Positions 38,309 through 49,281 of a stretch of 64,000 bases of DNA are shown one piece after another. The position numbers and the translations under genes are program-made. This stretch comes from Chitinophagales bacterium (GTDB lineage Bacteria > Bacteroidota > Bacteroidia > Chitinophagales > Chitinophagaceae): NCBI GenBank assembly GCA_038227505.1, contig JBBRPX010000001.1, positions 1,067-65,066 on the forward strand, written 5' to 3'. Within the stretch, counting starts at the first letter, position 1, and each line of letters begins with the position of its first letter. Under the pieces are notes generated by a model. It did not search any database. It saw only the letters and a list, made by a program, of their open reading frames with translations, and had not been told where the DNA came from.

Positions 38309-38385
38309 ACCAATTTTTCTTTAACAACGCCCCAAATTACCTACGCTGAATTTTAAGTTTCAAAAACAGTTTTATTATCATCCAC

Positions 38386-41300
38386 CTATTTAACTATTGT
38401 TACATAACCGGTAATTGGCTTTCTACCACTGCCAGGCTCAATTATATAATAGTATGTATCAAATGGCAAAGATTTTCCATTCATATTACCATCCCAAGGT
38501 TTTGCATATCCGTTGCTTTCAAAAACTTTTTGGCCGGTACGGGTAAATACTTGAACCTTGTTACCTGGGTAAGTAAACAAATATTTAATTTCCCAAAAAT
38601 CATGAATACCGTCATTGTTCGGCGTAAAAGTATTTGGTATTTCAGGGAACCTAAGCACTTTTATAAATACACTATCTGCTTTAACGCAACCACCTTGTGC
38701 AGTTACTGTTAGTTTATAAGTAATATCTACAAGCGGTTTTGCAAAGGGATTTAAGATTGTAGTAGAACTTAAATATGTTGGCGAAGGGTTTGACGTCCAC
38801 AAATAAGTTAGATTATTACCTGTAGCAGTTGCAGCAATATTAAAAGTTCCTCCTTCTAACACAACATCATCTGGCCCAGCATCAACTACCGGATAAGGAT
38901 AAACTACAAAAGACCGAGTAGTATCGTCTACACAACCAAAACTATTAGTGAAGGTGAGCTTTACGTTGAATGTTTTAGCTGTGCCGAATGAATATGGTGG
39001 TTGTATTTGTCCACTACTGCTAACAGAAGTTTCTCCATAATTCCACAACCACGCTAATGGGCTTCCATCTGCAGGTATGCTATTATCAATTACAGTAACA
39101 CTTTGGCCAAGACAAACGCTTGCTTTGTTAAAATTAAAACTGGCAACAGGTGCTGGGTGGATGGTATTTACTACTTTTATTATGGAATTTGTACAACCTG
39201 TAATTGCTGAAGTAGCCACTAATTTTACACTATGCGGTGCTTTTGTAAAGTAAGTATGCGAAACGGGTTGCTGCTGCGTACTAAGGTCGGTAACGATTGT
39301 AGACGGAAAATCAAAATTCCAATTAAATGCCCAGTCGTTTATTGTAGAAGTTGTATTATTAAATAAAACTTTTGCATTTGGCAAACACGCCGTGTCACTA
39401 AATGTAAAGTTTGTTAATGGCAGAGGGTTCACAGTAAAGGAAACTTGAAAAGGAATATTTCTGCAACCAAAGCCTGTTTCTAAGGTGAGGCTCGCCATTT
39501 GAGTTCCCTGCGTTGTATAAACGTGCGTTACATCTGCCCCCGTATTCATTATCTGCAAAGGAGATCCATCATTCCAATTATAAATCCATTTCGTTACTGT
39601 TCCATCACCATCCGTATAAGTGTTGCGAAAATTAATAGTATTATTTAAACATTTATTTCCAACCGGTGCAAAAGTATTTACAATTGGTGGCGCCAACACT
39701 TTTACCTGTTGCATTTTTGCTGAATCGCACCCTGCTGAAGAAGTTACTGTATAAACTACAAGGTTATTGTTACCAACCACAACCCCTGTTGCTAATGGGT
39801 TGAAGGTATAAACGCCTGCAGAAAAAGTTACACCCGGTCCGGTGTAAACTCCTGCACCACCTGAAGCTGTCCCCTGGTTAAGCATAACTTGCCCGCCATT
39901 TAAACATACATTCGGCACTGTTGAAAACGTTGCAACCGGCGATGCATGCACCAACACGTCTATTAACGTATCTTTTTGGCAAACTCCATTAAAACCGGAG
40001 TATGCGTAGTAGCGGACTTTGTAAACTTTATCTATTGGAAGATTTTGGTAATTGTGGGTATAAATTTTATTTGTAATTGGGTTATTATCCTGGTCAAAAA
40101 CAGTTGGCGCACCCACATAATCCCAGTATATATCTGTTCTTATTAATCCACCAACATTTACAATACTATTGTCTTTAATTTGTACAGGTCTGTTAGAGCA
40201 AAGATTGGCAACATTTAATGTAGTAAACGAAGCACGAGTAACTTCTCCATTAATAAAAAATTGTTGGGTAGTATCAGCTATGCATCCGCTGTTGCTCGTA
40301 ACTATTAATTTTACAGTTTTTTGCCCAACGGCTAAATAAGTGTGTGTTGGATTTTTATGAGCTGATGTATTGCCTGCATAAACTGGCGTGCCATCACCAA
40401 AAGCCCATTCCCAGTAAACCGCACTGCCACCTGGTATTTTACTTGTGTCAAAAAATTGTGCCTTAGCGTCTGCAAGGCAAGCTGCAGGATTAATAAAACC
40501 TGCTTTCGGTTTGCTAAAAATAGTTGTTGGCAAAGTAAATAAATCACTTACACACCAATTATCAGATACTGTTTTAAAAGTAATTATTTTGATGCCTGCC
40601 ACTGCATAAGTTAATGTAAATGGATTACCATCAGTTCTTACATGAACCCCCGTTCCATCTCCGTAATCCCAAACCCACGATACCACAGTTCCAATTGGCG
40701 CAATTCCAAATGCCGGTGTAATAAGTAAAGATTTTAATTCGCAAAATGGTCCTGTTGTAGTAAAACTTGCCGTGGGTTTTGGTTGTACAATCACAGATAC
40801 TGTACCTGTCTGATTATTGCTGCATATTAAAATACTTGACTCTTTTACACTTACTAAATTATAGATAAATGTTCCGGGAGTTAAAGTGGATACAGCAACC
40901 GATACAGTATTTGTTGCGGCTGTTGTTGAAATTGTAAATGGAGAACCGTTTATTGTATATAAAAAAGTGTACGGTGCCAAGCCGCCCGCACCCGTAAAAG
41001 TTATTAGGGGCAATGTTGTGCCAGCTTGACAAATAGTTGTTGAATTCGTACTAATTGTTGCAGTTGGCAGCTGCTTTACAATAATAGTGGCGTTAATATT
41101 TGTATAATTTTTTATACAACTTGCTGCATCTTGCACGGAAACCAGGGAATAAATATAAGTGCCGGTAGTTGACGTTGGAGCAGTTACTGAAACACTATTA
41201 CTCGTTGTTGTTGTTGCTGTCTGGTTTGATCCACCGTTTATACTGTAAGTAAATGTATAAGGTGCTGCACCATTTGAGCCGGTAAAAGTAATATTTGGAG

Positions 41301-43674
41301 GGGTAGAATTTTGGCAAACAGTATTGGATCCGGCAATTGTAGCAGTTGGCAAAGGGTTTACAGTAACCGTAGCTGTTTGTCCTGCTATGGGCCTTGTGCA
41401 AAAGGTCGCATTGGCATTTTCGATACTGGTTATACTATACACAAAAGTACCAACTGTGGCGGTTACTACACTAATTGTGTTAGATGATGTACTTGTTGTA
41501 ACAGGAGTTTGTGCAACAGCTGCGCCTCCATTTACAGCGAGTGTGTAATTTAGTTTATAAGGCGGCAAGCCATCGGTTATGGTAAAACTGATTATTGGTT
41601 GAGGTGCATTTTGACAAACTGCCGTTGTACCTGAAATAGTTGCATTTGCCACTGCGGGTATATTTATTACTTTGGAGGCGACACCACTTAAGCATCCAAC
41701 AATAGTAGTGGTGGTTAGCGTTACCGAGTGAGGTCCCGATGATGAGAATACGTGCACAGGATTTTGTTGAATAGAGGTATTTGCGACACCACTGCCAGGG
41801 TCATCAAAATTCCAAGCCCATCTATAATTTGGTTTAAGGGTTATAGTCGTATCTGTAAACTGAACAGGATCATTCACACATCCAGGTTTTGTATTTGTAA
41901 AACCTGCAATAGGCGGATCAAAAACACCCAACTCAAAATCAATATCCTGTGCAGAGCCGCATTGTGTTGCACCAGTGTTGTAAGCTGTTATTGTTACTGG
42001 GTATAATCCTGCAGTCGGAAATGTGTAAATTTTTGGCAAAGAATACCAGTAAATCGTTTTTCCACTCACAGATGTTGTTGAGTCAGGCCCGCCCACTCCC
42101 GGACTACACGAAGAATAATAAATTTTAGGATTAGCGGGTAAAGGTGGACCAGGTAAATTACTTAAATCCCACTGGATCGAATCTGCACAATAAGGTAATG
42201 ATACCCTAAAGCGAAACGGAGAATTGGTACAAACCGAAGGCGAACTTTCGATACCATATTGTGATTGTACACTTATCTGCTGAAATAAATCTTTCAAATT
42301 AGTTCCTGCGGAATAACCGTATGACTCAGCAGATCCAAAACCATATGCAATGGCGTTAAAACCTGAATCACTACTCAATCGATGTGCACCTGGTGAAAGT
42401 GGGCTTGTTGAGGTGCTATTTGTGTAAATTCGGAGATATGCATAATTATTATCCTGCGGCAAAACATTAATAAGACTTGGTGCAGGTGCCACACCATCAA
42501 TTTTAAAAGAACTAACACCAGTACCACTATTACGCAGCACTACGTTAATAAAATGTTGCGTGATAGCTGTATTTGATGAGGGCTGCATGGAGTTTACCGT
42601 AACATCACTAACAGTTTGTTCCACCGGGTTCAAATAAATCATATCAGGATCATGTGGGTTGCTGTTGCCGCCGCAGCCTGCAGTTGTAAAATATTGCGCA
42701 ACAAGAATAGATTTATCAGCTTCCACTAGGTTAGTTTGGTTACTACTAAACTGGTAGATATTGTTCACAAAATTAGAAGATGGTATCAAAGTACCATTTA
42801 AGTTTACTATTGAAGTTGCATCTGGACGATAAACCCGAAAATAATTTGTATTTACAACGGGGGGCAGAGTCACGTTAGATCTGTTGCCGGTAGGTATTAA
42901 AACATATTTTTTACCCCATGTGCTCGCAGGATACATTTGTTGGTACAGATTATCCGATGAACCTGCGCCTGAGCAGCCTATGGAAATTTTACCGCTTCCA
43001 CAGAAAACTGCAATTTTTTTACATCCTCCTGTTCCGGAAGCAATAGATTTTATGGTGCTTCCAGTTAAATCTGTTGTAGATAGAACTTGGTAAATCTGCC
43101 CTTGGGTTAAAGTAATAGTTTGGGTAACATTGGCTGGCCACCCCCCTTTAGTAGTTTGACTGGGTGTAATTTCTATGACCGTTGAACCGGTTTCCACTGC
43201 TTCCACAAAAAAATAGGAATAAGAATTTGGCTCGTTTGAAACTTGGGTGTAGTTTAAACCATAATATTCTTTGCCCAAAGTATTTGTTGGTAAAAACACA
43301 GTTGCGCCAGAAATAGCATTTACATAAATAAAACCATATGCAACAATTGGTTTTAATGCAGTTATATGAATGCCATGATTATATAGCCCCTCGTCTAGCA
43401 GAGCTGCTGCCCTTGGAATATTCACTACAGTAATCTGGTTTGCAGTTACCGAGAATGTCTGGGAGAATGCGATACTAGCAATCGCAACTGTACCAGTTGT
43501 GCTCACATCAGATGTCAAATAAATTTGCATTGTTTCAGCAGTCCCAGAATTAAACATTCTAACATGGTTGCCATAACCCACCCAAAAATCTTTCCCTTTA
43601 TTAGAAAAATCCTGACCATTAACATTAAAAAAAGAAACTAATAGAAGAAATAAGGAAAGTAAATTTTTTATCAT
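38386..43674 (-). CDS. Large T9SS type B cargo (IgGFc-binding-like N-terminal region, PKD/Ig-like repeats, gliding-motility CTD)
   Basis: FSNKGKDFW start, multiple WNFDD/WDYGDG PKD motifs, C-terminal IPNTFTPNNDGIHDFW…WDG…YYYII…GYVTIVK. Confidence 0.9.
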   Translation of the reverse strand: MIKNLLSLFLLLVSFFNVNGQDFSNKGKDFWVGYGNHVRMFNSGTAETMQIYLTSDVSTTGTVAIASIAFSQTFSVTANQITVVNIPRAAALLDEGLYNHGIHITALKPIVAYGFIYVNAISGATVFLPTNTLGKEYYGLNYTQVSNEPNSYSYFFVEAVETGSTVIEITPSQTTKGGWPANVTQTITLTQGQIYQVLSTTDLTGSTIKSIASGTGGCKKIAVFCGSGKISIGCSGAGSSDNLYQQMYPASTWGKKYVLIPTGNRSNVTLPPVVNTNYFRVYRPDATSIVNLNGTLIPSSNFVNNIYQFSSNQTNLVEADKSILVAQYFTTAGCGGNSNPHDPDMIYLNPVEQTVSDVTVNSMQPSSNTAITQHFINVVLRNSGTGVSSFKIDGVAPAPSLINVLPQDNNYAYLRIYTNSTSTSPLSPGAHRLSSDSGFNAIAYGFGSAESYGYSAGTNLKDLFQQISVQSQYGIESSPSVCTNSPFRFRVSLPYCADSIQWDLSNLPGPPLPANPKIYYSSCSPGVGGPDSTTSVSGKTIYWYSLPKIYTFPTAGLYPVTITAYNTGATQCGSAQDIDFELGVFDPPIAGFTNTKPGCVNDPVQFTDTTITLKPNYRWAWNFDDPGSGVANTSIQQNPVHVFSSSGPHSVTLTTTTIVGCLSGVASKVINIPAVANATISGTTAVCQNAPQPIISFTITDGLPPYKLNYTLAVNGGAAVAQTPVTTSTSSNTISVVTATVGTFVYSITSIENANATFCTRPIAGQTATVTVNPLPTATIAGSNTVCQNSTPPNITFTGSNGAAPYTFTYSINGGSNQTATTTTSNSVSVTAPTSTTGTYIYSLVSVQDAASCIKNYTNINATIIVKQLPTATISTNSTTICQAGTTLPLITFTGAGGLAPYTFLYTINGSPFTISTTAATNTVSVAVSTLTPGTFIYNLVSVKESSILICSNNQTGTVSVIVQPKPTASFTTTGPFCELKSLLITPAFGIAPIGTVVSWVWDYGDGTGVHVRTDGNPFTLTYAVAGIKIITFKTVSDNWCVSDLFTLPTTIFSKPKAGFINPAACLADAKAQFFDTSKIPGGSAVYWEWAFGDGTPVYAGNTSAHKNPTHTYLAVGQKTVKLIVTSNSGCIADTTQQFFINGEVTRASFTTLNVANLCSNRPVQIKDNSIVNVGGLIRTDIYWDYVGAPTVFDQDNNPITNKIYTHNYQNLPIDKVYKVRYYAYSGFNGVCQKDTLIDVLVHASPVATFSTVPNVCLNGGQVMLNQGTASGGAGVYTGPGVTFSAGVYTFNPLATGVVVGNNNLVVYTVTSSAGCDSAKMQQVKVLAPPIVNTFAPVGNKCLNNTINFRNTYTDGDGTVTKWIYNWNDGSPLQIMNTGADVTHVYTTQGTQMASLTLETGFGCRNIPFQVSFTVNPLPLTNFTFSDTACLPNAKVLFNNTTSTINDWAFNWNFDFPSTIVTDLSTQQQPVSHTYFTKAPHSVKLVATSAITGCTNSIIKVVNTIHPAPVASFNFNKASVCLGQSVTVIDNSIPADGSPLAWLWNYGETSVSSSGQIQPPYSFGTAKTFNVKLTFTNSFGCVDDTTRSFVVYPYPVVDAGPDDVVLEGGTFNIAATATGNNLTYLWTSNPSPTYLSSTTILNPFAKPLVDITYKLTVTAQGGCVKADSVFIKVLRFPEIPNTFTPNNDGIHDFWEIKYLFTYPGNKVQVFTRTGQKVFESNGYAKPWDGNMNGKSLPFDTYYYIIEPGSGRKPITGYVTIVK

Positions 43675-44353
43675 CCTGTTGAATAATTGTAAGAGAAAAC
43701 CAAAATGAAAACATAAGAATTGCCAATTTAATATTTTATCTACAAATTTTGACTAAAAACATTTACCTCGGTTTAATACCGGGAAATAACAATCCGGAAA
43801 AACTTTTATGATGCGAAACCTTTTTTTAGAATCGAGGCTGATCATTGGTTTTTAAATCATCGATATTAGGCATAATGTCATTTTAAAAATGCCAATATTA
43901 TTCACAATTAAGCTTAATGCTTGAACTAATTCCGAAAATGGATAGATGTGTTCACCTACTTAAAAAGTCTCAAAATTTCAAAGGTTTGTAAACCTAAATA
44001 TACTAAACAATAAAATATGAATATTTATCTACAATAATAATATTAATAAACACCACAAAATATTATTAATCATTTATTTGTATCAATATTTTATTAAATA
44101 TTAAAACAAATAAAAAAATTTAATAAGATAAAAAAATATAATTATTTTAAATATTTAATTTATTTATTAAAAATTTATAAAATAATGTTAGACAATATTT
44201 TATAAAAATTTTTAAAAAATTATTTTATTAGTAAAATATTTTTAAATGTGCTTTCACAAATGTTTCTCAATAACTAATAATTGTAGTTTAAATTAAGTTC
44301 TATTTAAAAACTAATTCAGCATTCGAACGGATATTGCTTAAATTTGCGTTTAA

Positions 44354-44827
44354 ATGAAATCAATGAAAACTGTTTATACCCTTCCTCTATTCATTTCAAC
44401 ATTTCTTTTACTTTTTATGACATCATGTCATGAGCCAAAATCTTTAGAGTTTAGAGAATTTAATAATTTGAAAGTCGATAAATTATCGTTTGCTGGGGCG
44501 GCCTTAACGGTAGATCTGGTTTATTATAACCCTAACAATTTCGGGTTACAACTCAACAGAACAGATTTAGATGTTTTTATCGACAGCACTTTTTTAGGGC
44601 ATTCATCACAGGATATTCAGGTAAACATTCCTAAACTAAATACTTTTACAATCCCCTTAAAGTTGGATTTAGATGTAAAAAATTTATTGAAAAATGGAAT
44701 TACGTCGCTATTTAATAAAAATGTTGCAGTAAGAGTTTTGGGATCGGTAAAGGTTGGGAAGGCCGGTATTTATAAAAGTTTTCCTGTCGATTACACAAGT
44801 ATTCAAAAATTTTCTATGTTTAAATAA
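44354..44827 (+). CDS. LEA type 2 family lipoprotein
   Basis: Lipobox MTSC; NPNNFGLQL motif; TAAATTTG -7 element at 44339-44346. Confidence 0.8.
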   Translation: MKSMKTVYTLPLFISTFLLLFMTSCHEPKSLEFREFNNLKVDKLSFAGAALTVDLVYYNPNNFGLQLNRTDLDVFIDSTFLGHSSQDIQVNIPKLNTFTIPLKLDLDVKNLLKNGITSLFNKNVAVRVLGSVKVGKAGIYKSFPVDYTSIQKFSMFK

Positions 44828-44874
44828 CGCAGAATTTTTAAAATATTTTTTAATAAATGACTTTTCAATGCATA

Positions 44875-44905
44875 AAAAAAGCGACCATTTTACGATCGCT
44901 TTTTT
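44875..44905. terminator. Bidirectional intrinsic terminator
   Basis: AAAAAAGCGA…TCGCTTTTTT between convergent genes. Confidence 0.65.
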
Positions 44906-44922
44906 AGTAAGAGTTATAAAAA

Positions 44923-45282
44923 TTAGGGTTTCTTTGCTTCTTCTACCTTAATTGTTTTACATGAGGGAGAAAGTTTTTTATAAGCAAATTCATCTGCTGT
45001 CACGTCGTCTGCATCAAAACCAACATTAGCAATCATTGTTTTTATTTGTTCAATATCCGTTCTATCTGCTAACCAGGTAACTGTTACGTTTTTCTTCTTT
45101 AAATCAGCCTTATAGGCTATAATGCCATATTGTTTAAAAAGGGATTGTTCAATTTTGGATTTGCACTCTTCTGAAAGCATTCCCGGTGTACTTATAATAG
45201 CTTTTGCAGATGTTTTTTGTTGTGCTATTGCCGTGAAACAAAGGAGAAACAAACCAACAATCGTTAACTGAGCGTATTTCAT
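44923..45282 (-). CDS. Heavy-metal-associated (HMA) domain protein
   Basis: Signal peptide, GMLSEEC (degenerate GMxCxxC), IANVGFDAD and LSPSCK. Confidence 0.7.
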   Translation of the reverse strand: MKYAQLTIVGLFLLCFTAIAQQKTSAKAIISTPGMLSEECKSKIEQSLFKQYGIIAYKADLKKKNVTVTWLADRTDIEQIKTMIANVGFDADDVTADEFAYKKLSPSCKTIKVEEAKKP

Positions 45283-45319
45283 ATTTAATAATTTCTTTTG
45301 AATTTCTATTAAAATTATT

Positions 45320-45955
45320 TTATTTCCCCCATCCTGATGGATTTTCTCGCCAGTTTAACAAAGAATTCAGTTGTTCTTCCGATATGGAGTTGCGTTCCTG
45401 TGCATGTTTAATTAGCGCCTCATAATTACTTAGTGAATGTAGTTTTATCCCCGCAGTTTCAAATGCAACAGTGGCTTGGTTGAAGCCATAGTTAAAAATA
45501 GATACCATGCCTTCAATAAAAACGCCTTCGTTTTGCAAAACTTCACACACTTGTAAACTGCTTTTGCCTGTAGAAATTAAATCTTCCACAACAACCACAC
45601 GTTGTCCCTTTTCGTAAACGCCTTCAATTTGGTTTCCCATTCCATGCTCCTTTGCTTTGGGTCTTACGTACATAAATGGAAGCTTAAGTTGGTCAGCAGC
45701 CATTGCACCCCACGAAACCCCTGCAGTGGCCACGCCAGCTACTGCATCAGCCCCTGCAAAATGTTCGAAGATTACAGCACTTAACTCACTCTTAATAAAG
45801 TCTCTCACATAAGGGTAGCCAAGTGCTCTGCGGTTGTCGCAATAAATAGGACTTTTCCATCCGCTTGCCCAAGTAAAAGGTTGGTCAATATTTAATTTTA
45901 CAGCATTTATCTGTAATAATTTTTCTGCAATAGCTTCCGCTGCGGTATTATTCAT
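45320..45955 (-). CDS. pyrE: Orotate phosphoribosyltransferase
   Basis: FTWASGWKSPIYCDNR and VVVEDLISTGKS motifs. Confidence 0.97.
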   Translation of the reverse strand: MNNTAAEAIAEKLLQINAVKLNIDQPFTWASGWKSPIYCDNRRALGYPYVRDFIKSELSAVIFEHFAGADAVAGVATAGVSWGAMAADQLKLPFMYVRPKAKEHGMGNQIEGVYEKGQRVVVVEDLISTGKSSLQVCEVLQNEGVFIEGMVSIFNYGFNQATVAFETAGIKLHSLSNYEALIKHAQERNSISEEQLNSLLNWRENPSGWGK

Positions 45956-46041
45956 GCTTAATTATTTATAATAAGACAAAGATAACAGGTTGATAAATCA
46001 TTGTAAGCCAGAAGCTTTATTTTTACCTCTTAAATGTAGCT

Positions 46042-46668
46042 ATGCAAATAAAAATTTATGTAGATGAGTCTCCCATTTACATTACTGATAATTTATCAGC
46101 CGACCTCAAAATAAAATCAACACAAAAGAATGTACTCTTTATTGAGAATGAAAACTTGATAAATGTTGAAAGCATCTTAAATGGCATAATAGAAGATAAA
46201 AAAGAAGTAATTGTTTTGGTAGATAATATTGAAAAAGCAAAAAGCATCTTCATGGCTCGCTTTACAAATATTGAAGCTGCAGGTGGCATTGTGCAAAATG
46301 AAAAAAAGGAATTACTTTTTATTTTTAGAAGGGGAAAATGGGATTTGCCAAAAGGGAAATTAGAAAAAAATGAAAGTCCCGAAATTTGTGCCGTAAGGGA
46401 AATTGAAGAAGAAACAGGTGTGAAAGCTTTACTTCTTAAAAATAAAATAGGCGAGACTTATCATATTTACGAGGAGAATAAAATGCACATATTAAAGACA
46501 AGCCATTGGTTTTATTTTGTAAGCAGAGGAAAACAAAATATAGCTGCGCAAACAGAAGAAGATATATCTGAAGTAAGGTGGATAAATACCCGCAATATCA
46601 AAGAGCCTATGGCAAATACCTACCAAAACATTAAAGATATTTTAAGTGTATTTTTTGATACTCCTTGA
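46042..46668 (+). CDS. NUDIX hydrolase
   Basis: WDLPKGKLEKNESPEICAVREIEEETG Nudix box. Confidence 0.9.
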   Translation: MQIKIYVDESPIYITDNLSADLKIKSTQKNVLFIENENLINVESILNGIIEDKKEVIVLVDNIEKAKSIFMARFTNIEAAGGIVQNEKKELLFIFRRGKWDLPKGKLEKNESPEICAVREIEEETGVKALLLKNKIGETYHIYEENKMHILKTSHWFYFVSRGKQNIAAQTEEDISEVRWINTRNIKEPMANTYQNIKDILSVFFDTP

Positions 46669-46679
46669 TCATTCAATTA

Positions 46680-47117
46680 TTAAGCTGGCTTTCTTAAAAT
46701 CGCAACGGTCAGCCTACTAATACAAATCAATTTGCTGTTTTCATCGTGTATTTTAATGTCCCATACATGGGTTGTACTTCCTAGATGAAGTCGGGTTGCA
46801 GTTGCAATTACCAAACCTTGCTTTGCTCTCCTAACGTGATTTGCATTTATTTCAAGCCCTACACAAATAGATTTTGAAGGGTCTAAAACGTAGTAAGAAG
46901 CAACACTACCAATAGTTTCAGCTAAGGCACAACTTGCTCCACCATGTAACAATCCATAAGGCTGTTTCGTTCTTTCATCTACAGGCATGCTCATTTTTAG
47001 GTAATCATCTCCCATTTCCACCCATTGCATGCCAAGATGCGTGCCCATTGTATTTTGAGTGATATGAAGATCTGCAATGGTTAAATTCTTATTAAACCAA
47101 ATATTATTGTTTGCCAA
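46680..47117 (-). CDS. Hotdog-fold thioesterase (PaaI/MenI-like)
   Basis: QPYGLLHGGASCALAET and GLEINANH motifs; probable TTG start at 47117. Confidence 0.85.
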   Translation of the reverse strand: MANNNIWFNKNLTIADLHITQNTMGTHLGMQWVEMGDDYLKMSMPVDERTKQPYGLLHGGASCALAETIGSVASYYVLDPSKSICVGLEINANHVRRAKQGLVIATATRLHLGSTTHVWDIKIHDENSKLICISRLTVAILRKPA

Positions 47118-47592
47118 CTTTATAAATTTTCTTGATTGATTTATTAACTGCTTTTGGTAAAAATCTTGATACATCTCCCCCGTTTCTAAGTACATCTCTA
47201 ACCAATGTAGATGCTACTGAGGTGAATTGTGGAAGACAAGTAAGGAACACCGTTTCAATATTATCTGCAAGGCTGCGATTCATATCAGCTATTGCTTTTT
47301 CGTATTCAAAATCATTTACGTATCTAATACCTCTCAGTATAAACTTAGCACCTATTTCGTTGCAGCAACTTACTGTTAGCCCGTCATACAACACAGCCTC
47401 TACATTATCATTATCAGCATAAATTTCATTCAACCAATCAATTCTTTGCTGGTCGCTAAACATGGGCGTTTTATTGATGTTTCTACCAATGCCAATAACA
47501 ATCTTATCAAACAAAGGCAATGCTCTATCTATTATATCGGTGTGGCCGAGCGTAACGGGATCAAATGTTCCGGGGAAGAGGCAAATTCTCAC
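47104..47592 (-). CDS. coaD: Pantetheine-phosphate adenylyltransferase
   Basis: FPGTFDPVTLGH, ILRGIR and ASTLVRD motifs. Confidence 0.97.
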   Translation of the reverse strand: MRICLFPGTFDPVTLGHTDIIDRALPLFDKIVIGIGRNINKTPMFSDQQRIDWLNEIYADNDNVEAVLYDGLTVSCCNEIGAKFILRGIRYVNDFEYEKAIADMNRSLADNIETVFLTCLPQFTSVASTLVRDVLRNGGDVSRFLPKAVNKSIKKIYKVGKQ

Positions 47593-47689
47593 TTTTTGTA
47601 AATTTTATTGGGTTTGATAGATCTTAAACGGACAGTTTAATACTGGACTTTTAATAAAATAAATAAATATAAATGTTGAAGTAAGTAAA

Positions 47690-48616
47690 TTATTTTCTCT
47701 CAGCCAATAAATACAATGCGGCCATTCTAACGGCTACACCGTTTTCAACCTGTTGCAAAATGATCGAATTATTTCCATCAGCTACATCACTATCAATTTC
47801 AACCCCACGGTTAATTGGACCCGGGTGCATAATCACTATTTCTTTACCAATACTATCTAACATTTTTTTTGTAACGCCGTAAGCTAGGTTGTATTCCCTT
47901 AAAGTAGAGAATAATACCTTTTTTTGCCTTTCGAGTTGTATGCGCAACACATTTGCCACATCGCACCACTCTAATGCTTTCTTAAGATCATACTCCACTT
48001 TTACACCCAGTGCTTCTTTAATGTACTTTGGTATCAGCGTTGGTGGACCGGCTACCATCACTTCAGCCCCCATTTTTTTCAACAAATAAATATTACTCAG
48101 TGCAACTCTTGAGTGCATAATATCACCTACCAAAACAATCTTTTTTCCTGCAAGCTCCCCTATTTTTTCGTTAATTGAAAACGCATCTAACAATGCTTGT
48201 GTCGGATGTTCATTTGTGCCATCTCCGGCATTAATAATTGCTGTGTTACGTAAATGCTTGGCAAGAAAATGTGCCGCTCCGCTTGCTTGATGACGCATTA
48301 CTACCATATCCACTTTCATACTAAGGATATTATTTACAGTATCAAGCAAGGTTTCTCCTTTTGATACTGACGAGGCTGATGCGCTGAAGTTTATAGAATC
48401 TGCACCCAATCTTTTTTCAGCTAACTCAAAAGAAATACGTGTTCGGGTACTGTTTTCGTAAAATAAATTTACAATAGTTACATCTCTAAGTGATGGAACT
48501 TTTTTTACAGGACGTTGTAAAACTTCTTTAAATTGAATCGCAGTTTGTAAAATGAGGGTTATATCTTCCGCAGAAAGTTCTTTAATGCCTATTAAATGTT
48601 TTGTAGATAGTTGCAT
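47690..48616 (-). CDS. pyrB: Aspartate carbamoyltransferase catalytic subunit
   Basis: FYENSTRT, HPTQALLD and MHPGPINRG motifs. Confidence 0.97.
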   Translation of the reverse strand: MQLSTKHLIGIKELSAEDITLILQTAIQFKEVLQRPVKKVPSLRDVTIVNLFYENSTRTRISFELAEKRLGADSINFSASASSVSKGETLLDTVNNILSMKVDMVVMRHQASGAAHFLAKHLRNTAIINAGDGTNEHPTQALLDAFSINEKIGELAGKKIVLVGDIMHSRVALSNIYLLKKMGAEVMVAGPPTLIPKYIKEALGVKVEYDLKKALEWCDVANVLRIQLERQKKVLFSTLREYNLAYGVTKKMLDSIGKEIVIMHPGPINRGVEIDSDVADGNNSIILQQVENGVAVRMAALYLLAERK

Positions 48617-48765
48617 TAAGCATCGAAGCTATTGTAAAAAAATGAAATTGAGAAAAAATAAGGGAATGGGTAATTTTTGCTGTTACTAAAAATTATAAAC
48701 AAAAGCTTTTTAAGAAAGAAATTAAAAAATAGAACTCAAATGACATTATTCTTTAATTAATTTCA

Positions 48766-49281
48766 CTACTCATTCTCCAGTATTACTTCTCCACTCGTTT
48801 TAATAACTTTTACTTTTTGGTGAAATTGTCCATCAATTGTTTTTCCACAATAATCTGGTTGTATGGGAAGTTCTCGGTCAAACCTTCTGTTTACCAGTAC
48901 GCAAAGCTCTACTTTTTTTGGCCTTCCAAAATCTTGCAGCGCATCTAAAGCTGCACGTATTGTTCTTCCAGTATATAGCACATCATCAATTAAGATTACT
49001 TTTTTACCATCAATGTTAAAAGGTATTTCAGTTTTGTTTGAAACATGAATTTCTGATCTTACATCATCTCTGTAAAATGTAATATCTAGAATACCATATT
49101 TTATCTCTTTGCCTTGGCAAAGTAATTTTATTTGCTCAATAATTTTATCACTTATATATACACCTCGAGGCTGTAAGCCAATAAAAATTGTGTCAACTAC
49201 ATCATCATCATTTTCTATTAACTGCTGGGCAAGCCTGTTAATGATTAGGATAAACTGTTGTGAAGTAAGAAGAGTGTTCAT
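48766..49281 (-). CDS. pyrR: PyrR-like phosphoribosyltransferase / pyr regulator
   Basis: LDITFYRDD, LIDDVLYTGRTIRAA and LPIQPDYCG motifs; upstream of pyrB. Confidence 0.9.
   Translation of the reverse strand: MNTLLTSQQFILIINRLAQQLIENDDDVVDTIFIGLQPRGVYISDKIIEQIKLLCQGKEIKYGILDITFYRDDVRSEIHVSNKTEIPFNIDGKKVILIDDVLYTGRTIRAALDALQDFGRPKKVELCVLVNRRFDRELPIQPDYCGKTIDGQFHQKVKVIKTSGEVILENE

Noticed and set aside
47630-47660. AAGTCCAG (minus strand) resembling part of a PyrR binding loop
   Set aside because: Incomplete consensus and located downstream of pyrB, not upstream.
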